A stretch of 64,000 bases of DNA from IMG/VR virus record IMGVR_UViG_3300045922_000293, positions 1-64,000 of that record, one strand, 5' to 3'. Shown in pieces: positions 10,916-20,652 of this stretch. The notes under the pieces are model-generated. The model was not told the DNA's origin. It was given only the letters and a program-made list of their open reading frames with translations, and searched no databases. The DNA is from a virus. Position numbers and translations under genes: made by a program. The first letter of the stretch is position 1; each line of letters opens with the position of its first letter.

Positions 10916-10925
10916 GTGCTATAAG
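10916..10925 (+). promoter_or_regulatory. possible extended -10 promoter element
   Basis: GTGCTATAAG in the short gap before the Rad50 N-half gene, resembling TGnTATAAT. Confidence 0.3.
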
Positions 10926-10950
10926 TCTTTCAACATCTGACGAGATCCAC

Positions 10951-12111
10951 ATGAAAATATCCATTGAGAACATGCAATCGCTCAAGAGCGCCGAGTTAGA
11001 GGTGGATGGATTTTGCGTGGTGGTAGGGCGTTCTAATTTAGGTAAATCAGCGGTGATCCGAGCCGTGGAGGGTGCGATCTATAATCATCCCGTTCAGGCA
11101 TACGTCAGATCCGGAGCCCCCTTTCTAAGGGTGACATTAGAGGGTCCTGATTATTCTGTACAATGGAAGAAAGGCCCCCATCATAACGATTATGTGATCA
11201 ATGGCGTGACCTATGAGTCTGTAGGGCGTGATGCTCCCCCTAAGATCAAAGAGCTTGGTTTTAAAGATGTTGAATTAAATAAATCAAAGCTACGTGTTCA
11301 AATTTCAGATCAATTTCATCCCCTATTTCTTATTTCTGAGAGTGGTTCTGATATAGCTCAGGCGATTGCGGATGTCTCCAGAATTTATGAAATACAAGCG
11401 GCTCAGGACGCCGCTGATAAAGATAAGCGCGCGAATCAAGCTACCTTGAAGGTCAGGGAGCAAGATAGTGTCTATCACACTCAAAGACTCAAAGAATTGG
11501 AATCCTTTTCGGATAAAATTAAGATTCTTGAGGATTGTGTTGAAGAATCTAAAGTCATTGAAAATCAGCAAAAATATTTAAAAGTTACCGCTTCTATTTT
11601 AGCACAGAAGACCTATGCACAAGCGAAAATTGAAAATTTGTGCAATCTTCCTGAGGTACCTTCTGGTGATGTACTTGACACAACTAAAATCCACCTCATG
11701 ACAGGGTATGTGAAGAGTTACCACGCGTTGGTTAAGGTGAGAGACATAGATGTGATCATCCCATCTGCCCTTGACCTTGATACGCTTAGGGATCAGGCGA
11801 TCCGGTCAAGAGGTTATATCAAGACGTATCATGATGTACGGCGAAGACTAGAGAGTCTCACATCTCTTGAGACCCTTGACATCCCCCCTATCGATGCGCT
11901 AACCTCTTTAGACCTAAGGGGTATGGCTCAACATCTACAACATATGAAGAATCTTGTCACAATGCTTCGATCCATTCAATCGGAGGTGGAAGATTCTGCC
12001 AAAGACTTGAAAAATATTGAATCAGAAATTCAACAGGCACATGATCGGCTTGGTGTTTGCCCCACATGTGGTCAAATGATCCCCCATTCCACTCATGGAC
12101 GCCGCCTGTGA
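10951..12111 (+). CDS. Rad50/SbcC-like ATPase, N-terminal half (Walker A, coiled coil, zinc hook)
   Basis: ISIENMQS and GRSNLGKS, a Q-loop region and a coiled coil ending at CPTCGQ near the C-terminus. No signature motif or Walker B. Confidence 0.85.
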   Translation: MKISIENMQSLKSAELEVDGFCVVVGRSNLGKSAVIRAVEGAIYNHPVQAYVRSGAPFLRVTLEGPDYSVQWKKGPHHNDYVINGVTYESVGRDAPPKIKELGFKDVELNKSKLRVQISDQFHPLFLISESGSDIAQAIADVSRIYEIQAAQDAADKDKRANQATLKVREQDSVYHTQRLKELESFSDKIKILEDCVEESKVIENQQKYLKVTASILAQKTYAQAKIENLCNLPEVPSGDVLDTTKIHLMTGYVKSYHALVKVRDIDVIIPSALDLDTLRDQAIRSRGYIKTYHDVRRRLESLTSLETLDIPPIDALTSLDLRGMAQHLQHMKNLVTMLRSIQSEVEDSAKDLKNIESEIQQAHDRLGVCPTCGQMIPHSTHGRRL

Positions 12112-12137
12112 TTCAAGCTCACACAAGATAAAATAAC

Positions 12138-13112
12138 ATGATGCATTTTATTATCAGAACAGATTGCCACACGGCGCATACCGCGCCCCGTAGCCGTCGG
12201 GATGATTATGAGGCGACGTGTCTGAATAAGCTCAGGCAGATTGGGGATCTCGCCACACAGTATAACGCCGTTGCGGTACTGGATAACGGTGATTTTTTCC
12301 ATCACAAGAGCCCACAGCGGACTCCTCACTCCTTGATTCAAAAGGTGACGGCTATCCATCGGGACACGTATCCTTGCCCCGTGTATATCAATCCCGGCAA
12401 TCATGATTTCTCTTATGCTCATCTTGGCACCTTACAAGATCAGCCGTTGGGTGTGCTGTTAGAGACGGGTGTATTCAAGCTGATGTCGGATGTGACGTTC
12501 ACGCGTGGTCATCAACGCGTGCGTGTCGTGGGCCTGCCTTACAAAATTGAATTTAGTGCTCAAGATTTTGATATTAAGAAAGGGGAAGAGGATCTTCTGA
12601 TCGTCGCCGCGCACACGTTTGCATCCCTTCAAGGGGGTGAAACTTTTGGACGTGAAAGAGCTGTGTCTTATCTTGATATTGTAGACTTTGATCCGGACTG
12701 CTATGTATTTGGCCACTGGCACGTGGATCAAGGCATTCAGGTCGTGAAGAATAAGCCTTTTTTTAATTTAGGTTCTATGACGAGAGGCTCCCTCACACAA
12801 GATGAAATCAAGAGAACACCGCGTGTCGGCTTATTAACCTTCCATGAGGATAACACGGTCACGACACAAGCGATCCCTTTGAAGGTTGCCCCTGCCACTG
12901 AAATTTTTGATGTGAAAGCCTATGAGTCTTCTAAGCTAGAAGAATCGCGCATGAATGCTTATTTGGGGGATCTTGCGTTAGCTTTTCAGGAACAAGACAA
13001 CGATCCTAGTGATGTGAAATCTGTTGTACAGTCTTCTGGGTACTTACCGCAAGAAGTCAAAGATCGCGCCCTCTATTATCTAGAGATTACGGGCAAAGCA
13101 ACGAAGACATGA
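12138..13112 (+). CDS. Mre11/SbcD-like metallophosphoesterase nuclease
   Basis: DCH, GDFF, PGNHD, AAH and FGHWH phosphoesterase motifs, adjacent to the Rad50 half. Confidence 0.9.
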   Translation: MMHFIIRTDCHTAHTAPRSRRDDYEATCLNKLRQIGDLATQYNAVAVLDNGDFFHHKSPQRTPHSLIQKVTAIHRDTYPCPVYINPGNHDFSYAHLGTLQDQPLGVLLETGVFKLMSDVTFTRGHQRVRVVGLPYKIEFSAQDFDIKKGEEDLLIVAAHTFASLQGGETFGRERAVSYLDIVDFDPDCYVFGHWHVDQGIQVVKNKPFFNLGSMTRGSLTQDEIKRTPRVGLLTFHEDNTVTTQAIPLKVAPATEIFDVKAYESSKLEESRMNAYLGDLALAFQEQDNDPSDVKSVVQSSGYLPQEVKDRALYYLEITGKATKT

Positions 13113-13130
13113 TCGTAGAACGAGAGATCC

Positions 13131-14021
13131 ATGCTTATGGCGTATCTTGAAAGACCCTTGAGAATTTCTTATTCTTCCCTGAAGCAATACGAGTCCTGCC
13201 CTCAGCAGTATAAGTGGCAGCGCCTTGACAAGAAGCCCGTTCCCGTACAGGAATCCAGACATCATGCTTTGATGGGCACCGTGATTCAGCAGACCTTTGA
13301 GACCTTCTACAAAAATGAGATCTGGCGTCTTCGTGAGAACGCGAGTGCTTATCTTAAAGATGTAGCTGCGGACCACCTAGCGAACTTTTTAAGTCACAAT
13401 AAAGTTGACTGGAATTCCCCTACATGTAACTTCACGCTAGCGGATGTAACGGATGAATTGAATCGTATTATTCCCGCAATGGTCAAGACGATCGCCCGCG
13501 AGAAGCTCTTAGGTCCGTATGCCCAATCTGAGGTGTCTGTGGAGGTTTTTCTTGACAAGGATATTATTCTAGGTAATATCGACTTCTTGATTGTCACCTC
13601 GGACGATCAGGTATTGATTCTTGACGGTAAAGCAACAAAGAAGCGTGAGAAGAATGTGGATCCCGATCAGCTTCACTTTTATGCGATGCTTTACTTCATG
13701 AGGTATCAGGTGAGGCCGAACAAGCTCGGCTTTATTTTCTATCATTTTGCGGATGACCCCGAACAGGTCATGATGTGGCACGAAGTCAGTGATCTCAAGA
13801 TTCAAGAGATGCGTGATCGTGTGAGGGCAATGGTTCGTGCTATGGTGAGCAATCAATTTGAGCCTACCCCTAAGCCTTCCTTTTGTCAGTACTGTCCTTG
13901 GGAACAGCAGTGCCAAGATCGAATGATCCAAAAACAAGTGAACAGTGCAAAGCATAACAAAAACAGATCAAGAGATAAAGCCTTACCTCCCCCTGATAAT
14001 AATGGGATGATAGGGTTTTAG
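13131..14021 (+). CDS. PD-(D/E)XK nuclease (RecB/AddB/Cas4-like)
   Basis: ISYSSLKQYESCP, GNIDFL, ILDGK, QLHFYA and a C-terminal CQYCPWEQQC cysteine cluster. Confidence 0.85.
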   Translation: MLMAYLERPLRISYSSLKQYESCPQQYKWQRLDKKPVPVQESRHHALMGTVIQQTFETFYKNEIWRLRENASAYLKDVAADHLANFLSHNKVDWNSPTCNFTLADVTDELNRIIPAMVKTIAREKLLGPYAQSEVSVEVFLDKDIILGNIDFLIVTSDDQVLILDGKATKKREKNVDPDQLHFYAMLYFMRYQVRPNKLGFIFYHFADDPEQVMMWHEVSDLKIQEMRDRVRAMVRAMVSNQFEPTPKPSFCQYCPWEQQCQDRMIQKQVNSAKHNKNRSRDKALPPPDNNGMIGF

Positions 14022-14041
14022 TTCAAAGGAGCCTAAAAGCC

Positions 14042-14320
14042 ATGCAAGATGAGTTGTCAGCCCTGAAGCAAAAGCGCGAGAAACTTCTACAATGGCAAGC
14101 TGAGAAGAAGGCGGAGTATAAGTCTGCTCAAGATGAGTTAAAACGTCTTGCTGATATCGTGATGGTAGAATATGGCGTTGAGTTAAAAGACCTTGAAGCC
14201 TTGCATTTGAAGAAGCTAGAAGAGTATAAGGATAAAGTCGCTGCGTTTAAGCGGGACCTTGAGCGTGCTGAAGCCGTGCGCCAAGAGATTGAAACTTCAC
14301 TCACCTCTCATCACCCATAA
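14042..14320 (+). CDS. small coiled-coil protein, possibly a third Rad50 segment
   Basis: AAGGAG ribosome-binding site; 92 aa, heptad-rich throughout. Confidence 0.6.
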   Translation: MQDELSALKQKREKLLQWQAEKKAEYKSAQDELKRLADIVMVEYGVELKDLEALHLKKLEEYKDKVAAFKRDLERAEAVRQEIETSLTSHHP

Positions 14321-14334
14321 GAACAGGAAAGATT

Positions 14335-15516
14335 ATGAGCAGTCAGACATGGACCTTCGAGCGCGCTGACCTTACCCTCGCCGCCCAACTTGCATCCCTG
14401 AGCGCCGTGAAAGACGGTGCTAGCATCTTCTCACACATGCTCGCCTCCCCCGACGCTGATGGGAACGCGGTCGTGAATTGGATCAGTACGGATCAGCGCA
14501 CGTTTGTGCGAACCCCTGTACGGGCGTTGACCTCGCCCGAAAATCCTAGCAAATTCACGATTGAGGTAGACTCTTTCTTGAAATGGGTATCCCAGATGAC
14601 GGCGGATAGCGTGGAGCTGACGGTATTGCCGGATAGCGTTCAGGCGAAGTGCGGCAAAGCCAAATCATTCTTCCGTACCATGAAGCCTGAAAACTTCCCC
14701 ATTCCTACCCGTGACGTGACGAAGCAGATCGCTGTGGTGAACGCCTACGGCTTTAGTCAGCTTCTGGATACGGTTCGACACGGGTTGCCCGATGGGGGGA
14801 CGGGTGTTGAGGCAGAGATGTTTAAGATCGTCCGATTCAAGCAGATGAGCGCGGTGGCGACGGATAATCATAAGTGTGTTTATATGCATACCACATCGCT
14901 CAAGATGGATGGCGCGCTTGATGATCCCAACCTTGATCTCAAGGTGGGAGGAAATGAGGCTGCACCCCTCATGCAGTATCTCAAGAAGGTCGGTCAGGCT
15001 TCGGTGAAGATTCAGCGCGATAAGTCCCGCATCTTTGTTGAGGCGGCGGATGGCTCCGCGTTCGGCTTTACGGAGCCTAATGCGGATCATGTGCAAGATC
15101 CTCGTCAGTATATTAGCTTTTCAACTGAGAATGCGGCGTATCTTCTGAATGTTGAGATAAAAGAGATCGCACACGCGTTGAAAACCATTAGTGCCTCTGC
15201 TTCCGCCACGTCTAAGGACGTGACCTGCAATCTTGACCGTGCTCAAGAAATACTCCGCCTCTCCCGTGAAGGCACCTCATCACGTAGCTTGAATGAGGAT
15301 TATGCTCCCTGTAAGATCGACCGAGCGCAGGACGATCTTGCTTTTAAGCTCAATGTCGATACAATCGCCCGCATCACAAGTGTGTTCAGCGGCACCATCA
15401 CCCTCGTGCTATCCCCCAATGAGTCACGGGGCTCAATCCTCGTCACGGTGATGCAATCCGATAAGGATGACAGCATGCGTGTGCTCCTCGCCCAAGGTTT
15501 TCTTGTGAAGTCCTGA
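14335..15516 (+). CDS. DNA polymerase III beta-clamp-like protein
   Basis: 393 aa with repeated STDQ and ATDNHK motifs, PENFP linker and clamp-like spacing; DnaX lies nearby. Confidence 0.7.
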   Translation: MSSQTWTFERADLTLAAQLASLSAVKDGASIFSHMLASPDADGNAVVNWISTDQRTFVRTPVRALTSPENPSKFTIEVDSFLKWVSQMTADSVELTVLPDSVQAKCGKAKSFFRTMKPENFPIPTRDVTKQIAVVNAYGFSQLLDTVRHGLPDGGTGVEAEMFKIVRFKQMSAVATDNHKCVYMHTTSLKMDGALDDPNLDLKVGGNEAAPLMQYLKKVGQASVKIQRDKSRIFVEAADGSAFGFTEPNADHVQDPRQYISFSTENAAYLLNVEIKEIAHALKTISASASATSKDVTCNLDRAQEILRLSREGTSSRSLNEDYAPCKIDRAQDDLAFKLNVDTIARITSVFSGTITLVLSPNESRGSILVTVMQSDKDDSMRVLLAQGFLVKS

Positions 15517-15566
15517 TCCCCCCCCTTATTTTACCCCCGTAGGGAATATGACGGGGGTATCTCTAT

Positions 15567-16199
15567 GTGACATCCATGAATATTGAATCTTTACAAAAAA
15601 CAATCACGCGATATTACGTCACAAAAGATCAAACTAAAAATGAAATTTTACGCATTGAATCTGAAATTAAAGCGTTGAAGCATGATCAGCTCGTTTTAGA
15701 ACAAGTTGTCACCCTTTTTAGACATTTGATCAAGCGCGAGGTGTATGACCATGCGGAACGATTCTCTGAGATCGTTGAGCAGGGGATGCGCGCCATTTTT
15801 CATGATCAAGAATTGGGTTTTCGTTTTGATGTGGAGGAAAAGCGAGGTAAAGTTAGTATCCAGTGTGTGACCACATCACAGGAAGGTCATGAGGGGGATC
15901 CTCTCAAGGCTTTCGGGGGCGGCGTCGCCAGCATTCAATCCTTGATCTTGCGGGTCTTAGTGCTCAAGCGAAAGAAACTAGCTCCGTATTTGTTTCTAGA
16001 TGAAAGTTTGGCCGCATTGTCAGAAGAATATGTGCAACAAGCGGCATTATTCTTAAAAGAGGTTTGTAAACGCTTTGAGGTCAATATCTTGCTTATCACG
16101 CATAATAAGACCTTTCAAGAGTATGCTGATCATGTCTACAGGGTTGTGCCCAAGGTCGAGGGGGAAGAGACATATACTGAAATTGAGAAGGTGAGGTGA
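15567..16199 (+). CDS. Rad50/SbcC-like ATPase, C-terminal half
   Basis: Short coiled coil, variant signature AFGGG, Walker B LFLDES and H-loop LLITHN. Confidence 0.85.
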   Translation: MTSMNIESLQKTITRYYVTKDQTKNEILRIESEIKALKHDQLVLEQVVTLFRHLIKREVYDHAERFSEIVEQGMRAIFHDQELGFRFDVEEKRGKVSIQCVTTSQEGHEGDPLKAFGGGVASIQSLILRVLVLKRKKLAPYLFLDESLAALSEEYVQQAALFLKEVCKRFEVNILLITHNKTFQEYADHVYRVVPKVEGEETYTEIEKVR

Positions 16200-16202
16200 T
16201 GC

Positions 16203-16637
16203 ATGCAGGATGAAAAGGCAATCAAGCGGAGAATTAAACTTCTGCGCGATCAGTACATTCAAGAGACTCTTGACCATGCTAGAACAAAGCTGCCGCATCA
16301 TTGTAAATTTAATTACGATCATGCATTAGAAGGAGGTGAGACGATTGGCTTGTGTATGTACGGGGCTCAAGACCCGGAATCATGGCCAGGGGATATCTGT
16401 GACAGTGAAGACGTATCACGTATTTGCCCTAAATTTGAGATGCTGGTGAGTTCAAAAGACCTTGCTTCCATTTTAGATAAGAAAATGCTGGACCCTGATT
16501 TTTTAGCAGATCATGTACCTGAAATTCCAGCGCTTCTTTGGGTGTTATCGGGGGAAGACACTTGCCTCCCCGTTATTTACAATCAGGATGAGTCATGGTG
16601 GATAAAACTGCTGAGAAAGATCGGGATCAAGTCCTAA
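16203..16637 (+). CDS. hypothetical cysteine-containing protein
   Basis: GAGGTG ribosome-binding site; several spaced Cys residues suggest metal binding. Confidence 0.65.
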   Translation: MQDEKAIKRRIKLLRDQYIQETLDHARTKLPHHCKFNYDHALEGGETIGLCMYGAQDPESWPGDICDSEDVSRICPKFEMLVSSKDLASILDKKMLDPDFLADHVPEIPALLWVLSGEDTCLPVIYNQDESWWIKLLRKIGIKS

Positions 16638-17293
16638 TTGATGAGACGCCGCCCGCGCTCTTTTCTCTCTTAAATTACTGGCTTGTGATAGAGCGCCATC
16701 CCCCCCGCTTAGGGAAACATGGTCGTCTTGACACACCTTTCGTTTTATCGATCGCGACAGACCCCTTGCCAATTGAGGTCGCGGATCATTACATCGTGAC
16801 AGCGCCTCGCAATAAAATGGCATGTGTTCAAAACCGCTTGAAGCCTGAAATTCTCACGGCGATGCATGCTTGCATGGTGGCGGATGAGCATCATCTTATG
16901 AAAAACATCATGGATTTTTATGTCACACAGATTGTTGAGCGTGAATGGGGCAATTATGCGGTGATTAAGAATAATATCGGTGTGACGCACTTAGATGACG
17001 CTTTAGACTTTCTTAAAGAATACACGTTAGACTGTGTATCGATCTTTATGGGTGAAGATGCCTTGAAGGCTTGTGATGCGTTTCTTTCAAATAAGAAGGC
17101 CCCCGATAATCCCCTCATCGCCCAGCCCATAGCCTTCTATCAACATCGTCCCGTGTTTCTATTACCTGATCAGCCGCGCCGTATCGTATTCAACACGAGT
17201 CCTGATTGTACGGGACTTGTGACCCGTGTAGGGGATTACGTCTCCGTCTATATGCACAATCCCGCCCGTTCCTGCGTGGTCTATGATCTATGA
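16595..17293 (+). CDS. hypothetical protein
   Basis: 232-aa ORF coupled to neighbouring genes. Confidence 0.65.
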   Translation: MVDKTAEKDRDQVLIDETPPALFSLLNYWLVIERHPPRLGKHGRLDTPFVLSIATDPLPIEVADHYIVTAPRNKMACVQNRLKPEILTAMHACMVADEHHLMKNIMDFYVTQIVEREWGNYAVIKNNIGVTHLDDALDFLKEYTLDCVSIFMGEDALKACDAFLSNKKAPDNPLIAQPIAFYQHRPVFLLPDQPRRIVFNTSPDCTGLVTRVGDYVSVYMHNPARSCVVYDL

Positions 17294-17973
17294 TGACCCG
17301 CGCAGAGATGTCGGTGTTCATGCAGTCCTGTTGGGCGCAGGATCTTACCCCTTTATATGCGTATGCCACCGAGCGGGGCACCACGGAGGATCAGGTCCGT
17401 GATTTCCGATTAGGAGTCACAACCCCGCATGTCACCTTATCAAGACATGCGAGGGATACGTTGATTTATTATGATTTGTTAGATGGGGCATTGTGCATCC
17501 CCTATACTTCCCCGTTGGGTGAGATTGAAGGCTTGACGTTAAGGTCGTTGAAGACGAAGACCTTTTTGAAGATTTTTGCCACAGATCGTCGCCCCAATCA
17601 ACCTTTATTATTGGGCTGGCAACAGGCTTCGTCTCACATAGCTCGCACAAAACACGTCTACCTTACAGAAGGTATTTTTGATTTTTTCGTCTTCCAGCGG
17701 CTGGCCCCCAACACGCTATGTACCTCGGGTGCTAGTTTTTCTCGTGAGATCTTAGTGATGCTGAAGCGTTTAAGTGACATGGGCATCGGCGTCACCTGCC
17801 TGTTTGATATGGATGAGTCTGGTGCGGGTGCGTACAGAAAAGTATCACGTTACCTCCAACCCGCTGAAGTGCGGCGTTGGACGTACCCCCACAAAGACCT
17901 TGCTGACTTCTATAAGCATGTCGGGGCCGAAGCGTTTAGGGATTTTTGGGACCTTATGCTCACATTGGGATGA
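17290..17973 (+). CDS. DnaG-type primase catalytic core (TOPRIM), no zinc-binding domain
   Basis: VYLTEGIFD, FDMDESG and HKDLAD motifs; only 227 aa. Confidence 0.8.
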   Translation: MMTRAEMSVFMQSCWAQDLTPLYAYATERGTTEDQVRDFRLGVTTPHVTLSRHARDTLIYYDLLDGALCIPYTSPLGEIEGLTLRSLKTKTFLKIFATDRRPNQPLLLGWQQASSHIARTKHVYLTEGIFDFFVFQRLAPNTLCTSGASFSREILVMLKRLSDMGIGVTCLFDMDESGAGAYRKVSRYLQPAEVRRWTYPHKDLADFYKHVGAEAFRDFWDLMLTLG

Positions 17974-18089
17974 AAAAGATGTTGTAAAATTCATCGCATG
18001 CGGGTATGAACATTTAGCATGTCCTGTAGACCTTATCCTGAGGTCTGCAAAGACATCATGAACTCCTAAAAACGATAGAGAGTAAAAGC

Positions 18090-18554
18090 ATGTCAACTAT
18101 GTGGAAAAGCGACCCGAACGTCCCCGACTCTCCAGACAAGATTATTGGGGAGTATATTAAGTACTATCCCGATATTGTGGATGTTCGCATCTTGGTGGTC
18201 TTCAAAGAGAAGGCATCTAAGTTAGGGAATGATCGTCTTCTTGTGGGCAAGGTCAGCCGAGTGAGCCCTTTGGTCAAGGCGTTGATCTATGACCCCAGCG
18301 TCGATGAACCCGAGGCGGAGTTTCTGATGACGATCGGGGCTGATGCATGGCAAGGGCTCACGCGATCTCAGAAGGAAGCATGGGTGGATCATCTTCTCGC
18401 GCAATGTGGTGCGGAAGAGGATGAGAAGAATGGTACGATGAAGTACAAGGTCCGTCCCCCTACGATATCGACCATGCCCGAGATCATTGAGCGTCATGGA
18501 GTTGATTGGGATACGGAGCTTTATAAGCTGACAACGTTCGATCTCAGCCCATAA
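18090..18554 (+). CDS. phage putative metallopeptidase-fold protein with a degenerate active site
   Basis: GKVSRV...FLMTIGADAWQGL...AWVDHLLAQC matches my recollection of the phage metallopeptidase pattern, but HELxH reads HLLAQ. Confidence 0.55.
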   Translation: MSTMWKSDPNVPDSPDKIIGEYIKYYPDIVDVRILVVFKEKASKLGNDRLLVGKVSRVSPLVKALIYDPSVDEPEAEFLMTIGADAWQGLTRSQKEAWVDHLLAQCGAEEDEKNGTMKYKVRPPTISTMPEIIERHGVDWDTELYKLTTFDLSP

Positions 18555-18584
18555 CAGTCGAGAACAAGAGAGGATAGAAACGTT

Positions 18585-19967
18585 ATGGGTTTTGATACGC
18601 TTTATCGCCCTCGCAGATTTGATGAGGTAGTCGGCCAAAAACACGCCATTGCCCTGCTGAAGCGTCTTCTTGAGCGTAATGAGGCGTGTCAAAGTTCTTA
18701 TGTTTTTGCGGGCCTCTCGGGATCGGGCAAGACCACCCTTGCCCGTATCTATGCAAGAGCCATTGTGTGCGGGGATCGTGACCCGCACACAATGGAGCCT
18801 TGCAATGTATGTGATCCATGCAGATCCATTCTTGATCAGGCTTCTTCTGATTGTTTTGTGGAGCTTGATGCTGCGAATCATAGCGGTGCGGAAGCTATGC
18901 GCCAGATTATTGAGTCCTTGAGCTACATGACACTTGGAGGGTCATCACGCAAGATCTATCTGTTTGATGAGGCTCACCGCCTGAGCACACAAGCGCAGGA
19001 TGCGCTTTTAAAGCCAATGGAAGATGTGATTCCTCAAACAAAAGATCGTCGCATGGTGGCGTTCTTCTGTACGACAGAGCTTGAGAAGATTCGCACCGCG
19101 ATCCGTAGCCGATCCCACACCATTAAAATTCAAACCCCAAGTGTGGAAGAAATCGTGGCTCGTCTGGCCTTGATTTGTACGCAGGAAGGGGTGAGCTATG
19201 ATCGAGACGCGCTGACATTGATCGTAGAGCAGGGGCGCGGTCACATCCGTGATATGATCAAGACTCTTGAGCGCGTGGTTCAAATGAGCGGGGATGTGAG
19301 TCGTGAGGCGTCACAAGAGATTTTAGGGGTAGATGTTCATCCTGTATTGTTTGATGCTTTGACCATGACGATGCAAGGCGGTCTGAAACAGGCTTTTATG
19401 CTTTTACAAGAGAAGGTGCTCTCGAAAAAAAGCGGGATGCAAGTTCTTGATGGATTGAAATGGGCGCTGTTAGAGACCTACAAAGCCACGGCGCTCACCC
19501 TACCCTCTGCTTATGAAGGTCATGCCGCTGCGTTATTGAATGCCTTGGAGGATAAAAATAAAAATATTTTACGTGTAGCACATGTGTTAGATCAGGAGAT
19601 GGATCGTCTCTCTTTACAAGATGAAATAAATGATCTAACGCTTTTGTACGTTTTAGGGAGACTGTCCGAATCTCTCACGGTTCCCGAGGAGGTCGCGGTA
19701 CAGCATGTGCATCCTCAATCCGGATCTTTGCCCCCCTCAAAGTCTTCTGTTCAAAAAGTTGATCGTCCTGATTTATCAAGTAAGTATACCCCTAAGTCGA
19801 ATTTGGACGTTTTGGATGACAACTCTGTTCGGTACGCGAATCGAAGAATGATGGTGAAAGATGCAAAGGATCTTCATGATGGCTTACAGCCGTCACTAAA
19901 AAAGGTTCAAATCCCCAGTTTTAAGGTTGTGGGTTGGAGTTCCTCTAAAAGCAGTGAGGGGCCTTGA
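18585..19967 (+). CDS. dnaX: clamp loader, DNA polymerase III gamma/tau
   Basis: YRPRRFDEVVGQ, GLSGSGKTT, zinc cysteines PCNVCDPC, ELDAA, DEAHRLS, IRSR and GHIRD. Confidence 0.93.
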   Translation: MGFDTLYRPRRFDEVVGQKHAIALLKRLLERNEACQSSYVFAGLSGSGKTTLARIYARAIVCGDRDPHTMEPCNVCDPCRSILDQASSDCFVELDAANHSGAEAMRQIIESLSYMTLGGSSRKIYLFDEAHRLSTQAQDALLKPMEDVIPQTKDRRMVAFFCTTELEKIRTAIRSRSHTIKIQTPSVEEIVARLALICTQEGVSYDRDALTLIVEQGRGHIRDMIKTLERVVQMSGDVSREASQEILGVDVHPVLFDALTMTMQGGLKQAFMLLQEKVLSKKSGMQVLDGLKWALLETYKATALTLPSAYEGHAAALLNALEDKNKNILRVAHVLDQEMDRLSLQDEINDLTLLYVLGRLSESLTVPEEVAVQHVHPQSGSLPPSKSSVQKVDRPDLSSKYTPKSNLDVLDDNSVRYANRRMMVKDAKDLHDGLQPSLKKVQIPSFKVVGWSSSKSSEGP

Positions 19968-20638
19968 ATATGTCATCTATAGAGTCATTACAATTAACAC
20001 TCCCCTTTTTCATGGCTTCCCAGATGAAGGCCCCCGTATCCTCGCCCACCCCCTTACATGTCAAGCCTGACTCTGATCCCCCCCTAGAGTCGAAATATTG
20101 GGTGATCCTTGAATTGAGCCCACAGGGGGAGCAGGCAACTCCTAAGCAGATAGATAAGTCGTTGAGGAAGCGTCTTCAAGGGAAATGTGATGTGTTCATC
20201 CCGGGCATCACTTATAAGCGCAGGGGGAAAGATGTCACGATTCACTATATGCAGGGGTATGTTTTTGTGGAGGCTGGGTTGCCTTCAAGCATGTATTTTG
20301 ACTTAGTACATCATCCTTTTATAGCTTCTGTGCTCTATCATTTTGACGATCTTACATCTGCTAATCCACGTATGATCTTGAGCCTGCTCCCCGATTCTGA
20401 GATTGAGAAGATGCGCGAGGAGCTGGAGAATTTAACACGTGTGAAGTTTGAAGTGGGGGATGAGGTATTGATCACGGAGGGCATCTATAAAAATATGAAG
20501 GCTACGATCAAGAGTGTTCATGAGGACTCAGTGAACGTTGAGATTAAGATGCGCAGCATGATGACCCTGATCGATATGCCCGTAGCCATGATGCGTTATT
20601 TGACGGAAGAAGATGAAGCAATGTTTCTTGACGTCTAG
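19964..20638 (+). CDS. NusG/RfaH-like transcription factor
   Basis: NGN-like region (VFIP...YMQGYVFVE) plus a KOW motif FEVGDEVLITEGIYKNMKATI. Confidence 0.8.
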   Translation: MNMSSIESLQLTLPFFMASQMKAPVSSPTPLHVKPDSDPPLESKYWVILELSPQGEQATPKQIDKSLRKRLQGKCDVFIPGITYKRRGKDVTIHYMQGYVFVEAGLPSSMYFDLVHHPFIASVLYHFDDLTSANPRMILSLLPDSEIEKMREELENLTRVKFEVGDEVLITEGIYKNMKATIKSVHEDSVNVEIKMRSMMTLIDMPVAMMRYLTEEDEAMFLDV

Positions 20639-20652
20639 AGGAGATAGAGATC

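Noticed and set aside
13131-14021. Cas4-like nuclease as evidence of CRISPR-Cas
   Set aside because: No other cas genes or array; stand-alone PD-(D/E)XK nucleases are common in phage recombination modules.
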